A DNA stretch of 64,000 nucleotides from a virus, in IMG/VR virus record IMGVR_UViG_3300018018_000002, positions 6,186 to 70,185 of that record. One strand, given 5' to 3'. Below the pieces are notes generated by a model. The model did not search any database. It saw nothing but the letters and a program-made list of their open reading frames with translations, and was not told the origin of the DNA. Below, in pieces: positions 18,660 through 28,114 of this stretch. The translations under genes and the position numbers were made by a program. Numbering within the stretch: the first letter of the stretch is position 1; every line of letters starts with the position of its first letter.

Positions 18660-18661
18660 TC

Positions 18662-21499
18662 ATGGGCATCGAAACAATCGTCATCTATGGGCTGTACGCG
18701 CTGACCGCAATCGTCGCCGTTAGTGCCTACATGGAGGCCAAGCGGCTGAAGAAGACCGGCTCTGGCACGACCACGATGATTCAGAGCGCCACTCAAGCCC
18801 GCCAGATCATTTATGGGAGGCGCAGGATCGGAGGGATTGAAGTCTTTATCTTCACCAACGGAACCAATAATGAGTACCTCAATTTCATCCTGGCTCTGTG
18901 TGATGGGCCGATTCAGCAGGTTGAAGAGCTGTGGTTTGATAATGTGAAGTGTCCATTGGCTGCAAGCGGGGCAGGCTGGGTGCCGACTGGTACAGTCCTT
19001 AATTCCGATGGGACCTATTCAGCTAATCCCTGGATTGGTCATGTCTATGTTGAGTATCGCTTAGGAACACTCGACCAAACCGCGTTAGCAATTGGAGTGG
19101 ATCCATCTGGGCATTGGGGCGAAACTGACAAGATGGTTGGCGTGGCGTGTGCCTGGGTCCAGATGAAGTATGATACGACGGTCTTTGCGAATGGGGTGCC
19201 TAATATCAGCTTTGTGTGCAAAGGTAGGAATGACATTTGGGACCCACGGCTACCGACGACCTCTGGTGATCCTTATCCTACCGCTTACACGGATAATCCG
19301 GCGCTCTGTCAGAACCACTATGTCATGTTGCCCGACTTAGGTCCGGGGCTGTCGGTGAATGAGATTGGCGTGGATGAGCTAATTGCTGCGGCGAACATTT
19401 GCGATGAGATTGTTCCAACGAAACCTTCCTGTGCCTCTCGCTCTGGTTACGTTCCGCAGAAGAGATATACCTTTGATGGGGTCATTTCGATGGATGACTC
19501 GGCGGAAGATATTATCAACAACTTCATTGCCTCAATGGCCGGGACTCGTGTCTACTCAGGTGGGAAGTGGCGCGTCTATGCCGGGGCGTGGGTGGAGCCT
19601 ACCTTTACCGTCGATAAATCAATTCTAATTGCTAACGTCACTGCTTCAACTCGCACTTCGAAGATTAATCGGGTGAATCAGGTTTTTGGGACCTTCACGT
19701 TGGAATCAAACAACTGGCAGGCAACTGATTACCCGGCTTATGAAAAGAGCGATTTCGTGACCGATGATGGGGGTCCGCTACCTAATCAAGTCGACTTTGA
19801 TTGGGCGAACACCATCCCTCTGGCTCGGCGGTTGGCTAAGATTAATTTGATGCGGTCTCGCTTCTCTGGAACTTGCTCAATTAAAACTGACGTCAATGGG
19901 CTGCGCTGCGAGGCGGGATTACCTATACTTCTCTACATTCCTGAATTGGGGTACGTCGATCCCGACAACTCAGCCAAGGGTATGCCTATGCTGGTGGTGA
20001 CTTGGCAGTGGTCGGTCGGGAGCGATGGGGCAATTGAGATTAGCATGGACCTCCAGCAGGTTGATCCATCGATTTGGGATTGGGACCCTGAGTTGGATGA
20101 TGACAAGTGTGATAATGCTACTTCCCCACCAATTGGAGTGATCCCGCGAGGACCGGTGCCCATCCCTGGTGGTGGAGGAGGTGGAGGCAATCCCGGGAGG
20201 TATCCAGACCTGTTGCCAAGTCCTGCTGTCTATGGCTATGCTGAGTGCCGGATGAAGACCTGTCAGGGTTCATTCTGCGGATTCAAGGAGGAGGATGGAC
20301 AGGAGAGCGACCCTCCCCGTTTCTACAAGGACCGCACCAAGGTTGGCACTATTTCGCTGAAGGAATACAACAACAGCGGCTGCTCAGATGGCGGGGGCTC
20401 CTCTTCTGGCCAGCTGAATCCTCCAGACTATGATGGTGGGGGAGGGGACACGGCCACCGGATATGTCACCTGGTACCGCCTTGACAATACTACCCTCCGA
20501 TTCACTGGACACTGCTCCTCCACTCTAGGTACCCCCAAGATTCATATTGGGGGTTCAATCAATAACGGTGGTGACCCGATTCAATATACCTTCTTTGACG
20601 GGGACACCTGGGACCGGGATTTGGGCTACTTTTCCAATGAGATGCCTGTGACTATCTGGTCCTTTGTCGGTCGGTACAACTATGGAGACCAGTGGGGTGC
20701 CCCATCGAGTGCGGCCCCTGGCACAACAGTTGTCTGCTACTCTCTGAATTGCCAGATGCACGACACCGAGGATACCTGGAATCTGGAGGATGACTATCGG
20801 CCACATCTAGCGACTACTCCTCCGACCTGTGCCATTACGGAGACTGATACCTCCACCAAGACGATTGATGGGGTGCCGCAGGGAGGAGGCCCCAGTGAAA
20901 GTGACTTCCCCGCCGGTACGACCGAGGTAACCTCACTTACTGCAACGTTGAGGACGATTGCGGGTACGGAATCCTGTATCCAGAAAAGCCCCAGTCCACT
21001 CCGGTATCAGAAGGCATCTGGTGAGATGACGGAGACCCTAAGTCAGGAGGATACGATTGACGATGTGATTAAGCGGGCCCTGGCAGAGACTTCCCCACCA
21101 TACGCCACTTATGATGACATCCTGAGCGTGCCAGATAGTGAGTTGGACCCAGTAGTGGACTGCCAGCCTGCCTCCAATCATGGTTGCTGCCATGCCTATG
21201 TTTCATTACGGACGGGGACGGAGAAAAAGGATGTATTCATCCGGGAGGGAAAGGTCAAGCTCCATGCCAAGCCAGAGGACCTGATCGAAGGCCATTCCTA
21301 TACATTGACTGCTTATTTTTACCGGCGCAACTATGGTACGGGGGACTTCGTTTACTTCTCCAATCAGGCGAAGGATTTTACTGCCTCAGCAGATGACTGC
21401 GTCAAGGGCTATGCGTCTCCTCTCTGGTATCGGATACCCAATGATGACGGATACGAAACCATCGTGGATAGGGTAGAATTGGTGGACACTACCTCATGA
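18662..21499 (+). CDS. central tail tip/host-specificity protein (gpJ-like) with Cys-rich C-terminal extension
   Basis: 'RQIIYGRRRIGG', 'LCDGPIQQV', 'YTDNPALC', 'AAANICDE', 'RYTFDG'. Confidence 0.85.
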   Translation: MGIETIVIYGLYALTAIVAVSAYMEAKRLKKTGSGTTTMIQSATQARQIIYGRRRIGGIEVFIFTNGTNNEYLNFILALCDGPIQQVEELWFDNVKCPLAASGAGWVPTGTVLNSDGTYSANPWIGHVYVEYRLGTLDQTALAIGVDPSGHWGETDKMVGVACAWVQMKYDTTVFANGVPNISFVCKGRNDIWDPRLPTTSGDPYPTAYTDNPALCQNHYVMLPDLGPGLSVNEIGVDELIAAANICDEIVPTKPSCASRSGYVPQKRYTFDGVISMDDSAEDIINNFIASMAGTRVYSGGKWRVYAGAWVEPTFTVDKSILIANVTASTRTSKINRVNQVFGTFTLESNNWQATDYPAYEKSDFVTDDGGPLPNQVDFDWANTIPLARRLAKINLMRSRFSGTCSIKTDVNGLRCEAGLPILLYIPELGYVDPDNSAKGMPMLVVTWQWSVGSDGAIEISMDLQQVDPSIWDWDPELDDDKCDNATSPPIGVIPRGPVPIPGGGGGGGNPGRYPDLLPSPAVYGYAECRMKTCQGSFCGFKEEDGQESDPPRFYKDRTKVGTISLKEYNNSGCSDGGGSSSGQLNPPDYDGGGGDTATGYVTWYRLDNTTLRFTGHCSSTLGTPKIHIGGSINNGGDPIQYTFFDGDTWDRDLGYFSNEMPVTIWSFVGRYNYGDQWGAPSSAAPGTTVVCYSLNCQMHDTEDTWNLEDDYRPHLATTPPTCAITETDTSTKTIDGVPQGGGPSESDFPAGTTEVTSLTATLRTIAGTESCIQKSPSPLRYQKASGEMTETLSQEDTIDDVIKRALAETSPPYATYDDILSVPDSELDPVVDCQPASNHGCCHAYVSLRTGTEKKDVFIREGKVKLHAKPEDLIEGHSYTLTAYFYRRNYGTGDFVYFSNQAKDFTASADDCVKGYASPLWYRIPNDDGYETIVDRVELVDTTS

Positions 21500-21639
21500 G
21501 CGATTCTCGATACACCGTGGTGAATCCAACGCTGACATCCGAATGGCGGCGCACCCATCCCCAGAAAAAGGTGGTATATAAACCGGACTTTGTGCAGGCG
21601 GTCCTGGTTAACGGGTGTTGTGGGAAAAAGAAGGGCTGA
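21496..21639 (+). CDS. small hypothetical protein (47 aa, not in ORF track)
   Basis: ATGA-coupled ORF MSDSRYTVVNP...GCCGKKKG* filling the gap to the next ATG. Confidence 0.5.
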   Translation: MSDSRYTVVNPTLTSEWRRTHPQKKVVYKPDFVQAVLVNGCCGKKKG

Positions 21640-21641
21640 AC

Positions 21642-22565
21642 ATGGCACGCACCCCACTGATACCCTTGAATGGAACGGAGGAACAGCGTCAGGCTGCCCT
21701 GCGTTTCATTGACCCGGACGAATTGAATGCCACCACGGACCAGCACCGGTTCTTCGTCGGTGATTACCTAATTTCCCCGATCTGGCATGGTACGGTGACG
21801 ATGGATGAGATGCTTAACCTGTTTAATACTGAGGAGCAGGGGTGCTTCCCCGGCGACATGTGCTGGTGCTCAGACAATAATACTCTCTACCGTTGCATTG
21901 CCAGGGTGGGGCTGGACATTGCTGACTGGTTTGCGCTGCTAACTCTTGCGACAGATGTTTCTCTGGGTGGGGGCAGTCCCTCTGACAGCAAAGTTCCATC
22001 CCAGAAGGCGGTCAAGGCTTACTGTGATGCCCTGTTGGCTGCGAGCGAGGCTATGATTTTCAAGGGGGTGATTAACTGCTCTGGTAATCCTAACTATCCT
22101 GCGGCAAGCATTGGCTGGGTTTACAAGGTGTCAGTGGCGGGCAAGATCGGAGGGGCTTCCGGTATTGCTGTGGAGGTTGGAGATACCCTGATCTGTATCA
22201 TCGCCAACTCCGGTGGCGATCAGGCAACGGTCGGGGCCGACTGGGTTTGTCTCCAAACGAACATAGATGGGGCAGTGATCGGTCCTGCCTCATCGGTGGA
22301 CTCAAGGATAGCTCTTTTCAACGGGACCACGGGGAGGCTGGTTAAGGATAGTGGGGTACTGCTTGCAGCTCTGGTGGCGACTGGTCTGATCACCGGCTCC
22401 GGTCTGACCATGAACTCAAACCGAATGCTTGGCCGTTCAACTGCGGCAGCCGGAGCGATTGAGGAAATCCAGGTTGGAACTAATCTAAGCCTATCCGGGG
22501 GCATCTTGTCAGCCGCTGGAGCCTCTGCAACCTTGGACGCCCGTGATATTTGGCTCTTTGAATAA
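21642..22565 (+). CDS. tail fibre-like structural protein
   Basis: 'SDSKVPSQKAVKAY', 'YKVSVAGKIGG', 'GPASSVDSRIALFNGTTG' modules common in fibre proteins. Confidence 0.7.
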   Translation: MARTPLIPLNGTEEQRQAALRFIDPDELNATTDQHRFFVGDYLISPIWHGTVTMDEMLNLFNTEEQGCFPGDMCWCSDNNTLYRCIARVGLDIADWFALLTLATDVSLGGGSPSDSKVPSQKAVKAYCDALLAASEAMIFKGVINCSGNPNYPAASIGWVYKVSVAGKIGGASGIAVEVGDTLICIIANSGGDQATVGADWVCLQTNIDGAVIGPASSVDSRIALFNGTTGRLVKDSGVLLAALVATGLITGSGLTMNSNRMLGRSTAAAGAIEEIQVGTNLSLSGGILSAAGASATLDARDIWLFE

Positions 22566-22577
22566 CCTTTCTCTACC

Positions 22578-22946
22578 ATGGCTACCTTAACACATCAAAC
22601 TCTAAACGCCGCGTTAGTTCAACAACTGGCTGCTGCTGCGGCTGCCGTATATGACAATCCCGGCACCCCGGCCACCACGACCTACATAAAGGGATGGCGG
22701 CTGTTCAACTCGGATACTGCGGCTCGGGTGGTTAAGGCTTACTTAGTGCAGGCCAGCGGAGGGGCTTTGGGGACACCTTCCGCTGCCAATCAAGTTATGC
22801 AATACACTATGGGTCCGGGAGAATGGATCGAGGAAGAGTTTCCGGCGATGGGAATTGTTCTCACCTCTCTCCACGATGCTGTTTTCATGTCTGCTGATGT
22901 TGCCAACAAGGTCAACCTTGTTCTGTTTGGTGATTATGCCCAATAA
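22578..22946 (+). CDS. putative virion structural protein
   Basis: 122 aa beta-rich protein in the tail module. Confidence 0.6.
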   Translation: MATLTHQTLNAALVQQLAAAAAAVYDNPGTPATTTYIKGWRLFNSDTAARVVKAYLVQASGGALGTPSAANQVMQYTMGPGEWIEEEFPAMGIVLTSLHDAVFMSADVANKVNLVLFGDYAQ

Positions 22947-22948
22947 CC

Positions 22949-23467
22949 ATGTTCAGGAGCCAAAACGGTAATTACTCGACCAAGACCGGAGGAAACTACT
23001 CCGGCTGGAGGGAATCTGTCATTACTGGTTCCTCACCTGATTTCTTCTTCCGTGAGTCGAACGAAAACTTCCAACAATATCCCTCAGCTACCTATGACCG
23101 GCTGGACATCAACACGGACACGTTTGGGAACCTGCTATGGAAGAACAGCGGTCAGATTCTTTACTTCGACTACACTTGGAACGGGGATGACATGCAGTCG
23201 TACTCTAACGGAACCTACTCTTCGTTGAGCGGGGGTTCACCATACTCTTCTACCAACCCCGCTCTGGTGGGCAACGCATGGGCTGGTGCTGCTTCCATTA
23301 CGGACTTTCAGTATACCTGGAATGGGGATGATTTCCAAGGCTATTCGGGTTTGTCTGGAACTACTGTTAACTCTTTGACCGGTGGAACTCCCTACACTGC
23401 TCCCTATGCTGGAGGATTGGGAAACGCGTGGGGTGGAAACGCCGACATTAACTTGATCAACTCTTAA
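22949..23467 (+). CDS. putative virion protein with internal duplication
   Basis: Two copies of 'F.YTWNGDD.Q.YS....SL.GG.PY......GNAW.G'. Confidence 0.65.
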   Translation: MFRSQNGNYSTKTGGNYSGWRESVITGSSPDFFFRESNENFQQYPSATYDRLDINTDTFGNLLWKNSGQILYFDYTWNGDDMQSYSNGTYSSLSGGSPYSSTNPALVGNAWAGAASITDFQYTWNGDDFQGYSGLSGTTVNSLTGGTPYTAPYAGGLGNAWGGNADINLINS

Positions 23468-23472
23468 CTCCA

Positions 23473-24216
23473 ATGGGCTGCAAAATCCAAACCGTTAATA
23501 CCACCGATATAGTGGGGATTCTGGACACCCAGAATTACTACCATCGGCAGACCTCGTTTGGAGCCAGTTGGATCGAGATGAGAATTGGGATGCTTTACAC
23601 GTTCGTTCCTGCTGGCAACGACGACACCTACTGCACGGCGGAGAGTCCGATGGTGACTCCCTCCGGGCCGTTGCAGTGGTTCAACTTCGGGTTGAAGGAT
23701 AGCAGCATCATTCTACCTGGACGGGCGGGTAGTCAATTCATGGGGTGGTGTTGGCCGGGTACTACTTCAGGTTCCACAATCACCCTCACCTCCAACCAAA
23801 GCGCCGCTGGTCTGATGGATCAAGGCGGGACCGGAGGCGGGACAAAGCGGTACATCGCTGCGTACAACGGCGCGACCTTGTTGGCTGGGTCAGCAGACAG
23901 CACCAGCCTCAGCTTTGCTAAGTGGTCAGCCACGACTGTCAACGCCATCGCCGGACTGAAGTTTGTGGTAAACAACGCTGGGTTGTCTAACCAGACGGTG
24001 ACGGTTTCTTACATGATGAACGCGGGAGCAGCCGTTGACGGGTCTTCTTACACTCTCCATACCTACATCTTTGGAAACTACTGGACCACCGGACCCACCC
24101 TTACTTGGAACGCCTCAAGTGTTGCCCTGACCTTGCCCGACTGGGTTTGGATGCGACTGCCTTCTACCGCCAACCGGTTGCGTATTACTTGTTTGTCAGC
24201 TTACAAGATTTCTTAA
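23473..24216 (+). CDS. putative receptor-binding/fibre protein, paralog 1
   Basis: Gly/Ser/Thr/Asn-rich beta protein; full-length similarity to the next ORF. Confidence 0.65.
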   Translation: MGCKIQTVNTTDIVGILDTQNYYHRQTSFGASWIEMRIGMLYTFVPAGNDDTYCTAESPMVTPSGPLQWFNFGLKDSSIILPGRAGSQFMGWCWPGTTSGSTITLTSNQSAAGLMDQGGTGGGTKRYIAAYNGATLLAGSADSTSLSFAKWSATTVNAIAGLKFVVNNAGLSNQTVTVSYMMNAGAAVDGSSYTLHTYIFGNYWTTGPTLTWNASSVALTLPDWVWMRLPSTANRLRITCLSAYKIS

Positions 24217-24217
24217 T

Positions 24218-24934
24218 ATGTCTATCGTCATCGCTACAGTCAACTCCCGTCAAGATGGCATTTTGGACTGTCGTAGTGGTCTTCTGCGGCAAACCACCAT
24301 CGGTTCCAGTTGGAATGAGGTGCGGGTGGGGATGCTCTACCAGTTCGTTCCCTACAACAACAACGATGCTGCCTGCACCGCCGAATCCCTAGTCCCGGCC
24401 AGCTATCTTGACTGGTTCACCATGGGTTTGAAGGACTCGTCCGTGATCCCTCCGGGTAAGGCGGGATCACAATTCATCGGGGCGTGCTTCCACGGAGGCT
24501 TTGGCGGAGCCAATGCCATCTCGCTGACCGCGAATGGAGCCGGACAGGGCTTGCTGGATTGTTCGTCCTACCGTTACCATTCATCATGGAACGGAGCTAC
24601 CAACCTGACCAAGAACGACGCGACCAGCATTGCCACCCCGACCTTTGCTACCGGCAACTGCGCCTTCTACGCCCAGAAGTACGTTGTGGTCAACCCCGGA
24701 GCATCCAATCAGACGGTTACCATGAGCTACTACGTGGCAAACACGGCAATTACCGACCAGACCAGTACCAACCTTCGCAACCTGCTGTTCACCGTGGCCT
24801 ACACCGCCACCGCCACTCTGACTTGGAACGCCGCCAGTGCTGCCCTAACCCTACCCGATTGGTTCTGGGTCCGCCTTCCCTTGGTGTCCAACCGGCTGCG
24901 CATCCACAATGTCGAGATTTTCAAAGTTTCGTAA
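24218..24934 (+). CDS. putative receptor-binding/fibre protein, paralog 2
   Basis: Shares GILD, GMLY.FVP, CTAES, GLKDSS, AGSQF.G, NQTVT.SY, LTWNA.S.ALTLPDW, NRLRI with the previous ORF. Confidence 0.65.
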   Translation: MSIVIATVNSRQDGILDCRSGLLRQTTIGSSWNEVRVGMLYQFVPYNNNDAACTAESLVPASYLDWFTMGLKDSSVIPPGKAGSQFIGACFHGGFGGANAISLTANGAGQGLLDCSSYRYHSSWNGATNLTKNDATSIATPTFATGNCAFYAQKYVVVNPGASNQTVTMSYYVANTAITDQTSTNLRNLLFTVAYTATATLTWNAASAALTLPDWFWVRLPLVSNRLRIHNVEIFKVS

Positions 24935-24951
24935 ACCAACAAAGGAGACCC

Positions 24952-25872
24952 ATGAAAAACATACACTCAAACCGAGGTGCCATACCCCTCATAGTTCCAG
25001 TAGGGGTTGGCGTCTTTCTTCTCTGTGGATATCTGTACCTCAAAGTGTTTGCCCCCGGTCGCAACACGGCAGTGGCAGACAAGGCGGCGATTGCAGCAGC
25101 CAAGACCGAACAGCAGGCTGTTGATGTTCAACATGAGACGAAAGCCGTCCAACAAGCCGTAGCAGCAGTTATTAAGGCCCACCAGGAATTGGACTCTACG
25201 CATCAGACCATCGAGGCTAACGCTTCCGGGTTCAGCTACGCGGCGCACGCAACTCTGCTCAAGGAACCAAACCCATCACCAGTGGTGAAACTGGCCACTA
25301 CGTTAACTGAATCGTCCTACAAGGCTCTGGGTGAAAGTTTGTCGCCGGAACAGAAAGCCATCTGGGACAGCCTGCTCGCCGCTCATGAAGATGACAAGGT
25401 AGCCATTGCCAACCGTGACGCCAAGATTGCCCAGATGACTACTGATGCCGTTGCCGTGCACGCTACCCTGGTGGCCGTCACCGCTCACGCCAACGCTTCT
25501 GATGCAACGGCCGTAGCTGCCGTCAAGCAGTTGGACAAGCAGACGACGGCACTGGTGGTCACATCCCAGGTGGCTACTAAGTATACCAGTGCTAATGCTA
25601 AGTGGGCTGACAACGCTGAGACCTTGGGAGACAGAATCAAGGCGTTGGGTGGTCTGTCGGCAATTCTAGTGCTTGTAGCAGGATATATCTCCATCAAACT
25701 ACGTGGAGTGACCAAGACACGTGACGACGCGGTAGCCTTGGCCCATCACGGCTTTTCATTGGCTGAGAAGGCAGGTGTTGCCGTGAAGGAGGAGTGGGAT
25801 AAGTGGTGGGGTGGAGATAACAAGGCAAAAGCTGCTCATGAGGCAGTCCTATCGAAACTCAGGCTTATTTGA
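24952..25872 (+). CDS. membrane-anchored coiled-coil protein (possible lysis/spanin-like)
   Basis: AAGGAG SD; N-terminal hydrophobic helix, Ala-rich coiled coil, second hydrophobic segment near the C-terminus. Confidence 0.6.
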   Translation: MKNIHSNRGAIPLIVPVGVGVFLLCGYLYLKVFAPGRNTAVADKAAIAAAKTEQQAVDVQHETKAVQQAVAAVIKAHQELDSTHQTIEANASGFSYAAHATLLKEPNPSPVVKLATTLTESSYKALGESLSPEQKAIWDSLLAAHEDDKVAIANRDAKIAQMTTDAVAVHATLVAVTAHANASDATAVAAVKQLDKQTTALVVTSQVATKYTSANAKWADNAETLGDRIKALGGLSAILVLVAGYISIKLRGVTKTRDDAVALAHHGFSLAEKAGVAVKEEWDKWWGGDNKAKAAHEAVLSKLRLI

Positions 25873-25897
25873 TCGGTAAACTCAACCATAAACCAAC

Positions 25898-26152
25898 ATG
25901 ATAACAAAAACGTTACTGTTCTTCATTAACTACCATACCCTCGCGGGCTACCTGGTTGGTGGCGCTGCTGTTTGGTTCTTCAAAGGCCACATCCGTACTG
26001 GTGCAGTTTGGCTGTGGCAGCACGTGACTCCGTGGATCAAACGGGAAGTAGCCAAGGTCGACCCACCGAGACCTCCTGATCTTGAAGATATAACCTTTGC
26101 AACCACAAGTCAGTCAACCATCATATATTACTATGCCTACCAACCGCGATAG
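25898..26152 (+). CDS. small membrane protein (holin candidate)
   Basis: Hydrophobic segment 'TLAGYLVGGAAVWFF'. Confidence 0.5.
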   Translation: MITKTLLFFINYHTLAGYLVGGAAVWFFKGHIRTGAVWLWQHVTPWIKREVAKVDPPRPPDLEDITFATTSQSTIIYYYAYQPR

Positions 26153-26639
26153 TGTCGTTGCCGCCCGCACGACTGCCTGGAACACCGCCCAGACTGCCCA
26201 GACCGCACGAGGCGTGACCAATACCGGGAACGCCCAAGCCGGCCAGATCATGGCCAATCCGCAGCCCTACCAAGAGAACGCGCTGCTCAGCTGCCAGACG
26301 ACGGTCAACACCGCCTCCCAGCAGGCTTCGGACGCCGCTGCCGCCTCACGGTCCGCTGCCAGCACCGCCGCCACCATTAACTCCAACCAGCAGGACATCT
26401 TCAACGCTGCGCTGGCCGCCCTCGGCCCCAACCCGACGCAGGACCAGTTGAACGCCTTCTACCAGACCACGGCGGACACCGAGTTTGTCAGTACGAACGC
26501 CGGTCAAGCCGACCAGTATGCCACCGCCGCTGAAAGCGACCGGGGTGCCGCCGCCCAAGACGCCGCTTCGGTGGCTGAGTACGTCAACCAGTTCTACATC
26601 GTCTATCCGCAAGGCGGCAAGCAGAAGGCCCAGTACTAA
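26133..26639 (+). CDS. Ala/Thr/Gln-rich helical protein
   Basis: Strong GC3 codon bias; ATG at 26133. Confidence 0.65.
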   Translation: MPTNRDSVVAARTTAWNTAQTAQTARGVTNTGNAQAGQIMANPQPYQENALLSCQTTVNTASQQASDAAAASRSAASTAATINSNQQDIFNAALAALGPNPTQDQLNAFYQTTADTEFVSTNAGQADQYATAAESDRGAAAQDAASVAEYVNQFYIVYPQGGKQKAQY

Positions 26640-26665
26640 CCCTTCATACCTCCACCTCCCCCACC

Positions 26666-26941
26666 ATGAAAATCCCGCTTTGGCTCAGCCAGCCGCCGCC
26701 GGATGAGTTCCAGCCTCACCGACCTCCCAACTACGCCAAACTCTCCAAGGCGGACCAGTTCATCATCGACAATTACTCGATCAACGATCAAAAGATGGAC
26801 TGGCTGATGGGGAAGGCGGTGGTGAATCGGAATCTCACTGTAACTCTGATCCTCGTATTCCTCCTCACCCACGCCATCGAGATGGCAAACCTCGTGGGTA
26901 AGTTTCTCGGTTGGTTGTCTTCTTTTCAGTGGCTCCAATGA
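26666..26941 (+). CDS. small membrane protein
   Basis: C-terminal TM 'LTVTLILVFLLTHAI'. Confidence 0.6.
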   Translation: MKIPLWLSQPPPDEFQPHRPPNYAKLSKADQFIIDNYSINDQKMDWLMGKAVVNRNLTVTLILVFLLTHAIEMANLVGKFLGWLSSFQWLQ

Positions 26942-27438
26942 ATAGCAAATCTCCATTTTCATTCTTCATGCACCGTCGCAACGGCAGGCAGCTTGCAGAG
27001 GATGCTGACCGCCGCACCCAGATGGTTCAGGCATTCACCGAACCTGTAAAGATTCTCATCGCGGACGCCCGAGATGAGGTCCGGGGGGTTGCCAACAAGT
27101 TCCTCAGTCAGTTCAACGTGACCGTGTATGAGGCCAAGGACATAGGTGAGGCGGTGACCCAGGCCACGGCCCATGAGTTGGACATCGTATTCGTCCACAT
27201 GCGAATTCCTCTTCCGTCGGACGGGGCTACCCTAATCAGAGAACTGAAATCCTTGCAACCCGCAATCCCGGTCATCGCTTATGACAAGGATCTCAATGGT
27301 AACGTGGGCGAAGCCATCCGTTCGGTGGCTGATGAATGTATCATGCCGGTGCCAGCCGAAGTAGCCTTGGCGGAGGAGCTAATCCACCGTATTCTAAAAA
27401 CCTTCCATCTTAGCCGTCGAGCGGGTATGGAGGGCTAA
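26938..27438 (+). CDS. atypical response-regulator receiver (REC/CheY-like) protein
   Basis: 'KILIAD...VYEAKD..EAV......LDIVFVHMRIP..DG..LIRELK...PAIPVIA' REC pattern with the phospho-Asp replaced by His. Confidence 0.75.
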   Translation: MNSKSPFSFFMHRRNGRQLAEDADRRTQMVQAFTEPVKILIADARDEVRGVANKFLSQFNVTVYEAKDIGEAVTQATAHELDIVFVHMRIPLPSDGATLIRELKSLQPAIPVIAYDKDLNGNVGEAIRSVADECIMPVPAEVALAEELIHRILKTFHLSRRAGMEG

Positions 27439-27504
27439 TCACTTCCCTACCCGAGGTCATAGGCAACCCTGAGGAGGGATGCGTGTGGATGTGTGGTCGG
27501 GATA

Positions 27505-27546
27505 GGGGCGGGGCAGGCTGCTAGCGCGGCCTGTCCCGTTTCTTTT
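27505..27546 (+). terminator. intrinsic terminator at the convergence of the late operon and the minus-strand operon
   Basis: GGGGCGGGGCAGGCTGC-TAGC-GCGGCCTGTCCCGTTTC-TTTT. Confidence 0.7.
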
Positions 27547-28114
27547 ACAGCTCTACGACCGTGCCGGTCTTGAGTTGGTCGATGTGCGTCACCATCAGGA
27601 ATTGGACGCCTAGCTCCTCGCTCAACTGCTCCAGCATCGTCCTAATGCGCCCGCGATATTCCTCGCTTAGGAACTTGAAGGGTTCATCCATCACTAGCAG
27701 CCGACGCACCGGAGGCTTGGCGAGAAGAATGCAGCTTAGGCGCAGCGCGAAGGAAGCAACGTCGACGACTCCTCCTCCGGCCGCTGACATTGGGTCCACT
27801 TCCAGCCCATTGCGCACAAATACCAGTCGGCATTCCGTGCGCCCTCGCTTCTGCTCGAAGATCATTTTGAACTCATAGGGCTCATCGAAGACGGTGCTAA
27901 GGCATTGGGATACGACCTTGGCCAATCGGGCGTGGGCTTGCTGTTGAACGGTCTGGGCGACTAGCTGCGCGATCTTCTGCGCTTCCTCACAGTCCACGAC
28001 CAAGTCCTCGGCTGCAATCAGGGCATCCTGCTCTTGCCCGAGGATTCGTTCGGCGGCGCGGTAGTCGGCCAATCTCGCGTCAACTTCCTGTCTCAGCGGC
28101 GTGAGCGACTGCAT
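27545..28114 (-). CDS. Rad50/SbcC-like ATPase, C-terminal half
   Basis: Signature-like 'SAAGGG', Walker B 'LLVMDEPF', 'MVTH' H-loop. Confidence 0.85.
   Translation of the reverse strand: MQSLTPLRQEVDARLADYRAAERILGQEQDALIAAEDLVVDCEEAQKIAQLVAQTVQQQAHARLAKVVSQCLSTVFDEPYEFKMIFEQKRGRTECRLVFVRNGLEVDPMSAAGGGVVDVASFALRLSCILLAKPPVRRLLVMDEPFKFLSEEYRGRIRTMLEQLSEELGVQFLMVTHIDQLKTGTVVEL

Noticed and set aside
23473-24934. Diversity-generating retroelement TR/VR pair in the duplicated tail genes
   Set aside because: Differences are not adenine-specific and are mostly synonymous; no reverse transcriptase in the window.
24484-24951. N-terminal extension of ORF 24484-25872
   Set aside because: Overlaps the gene at 24218-24934; SD and ATG at 24952 give the real start.
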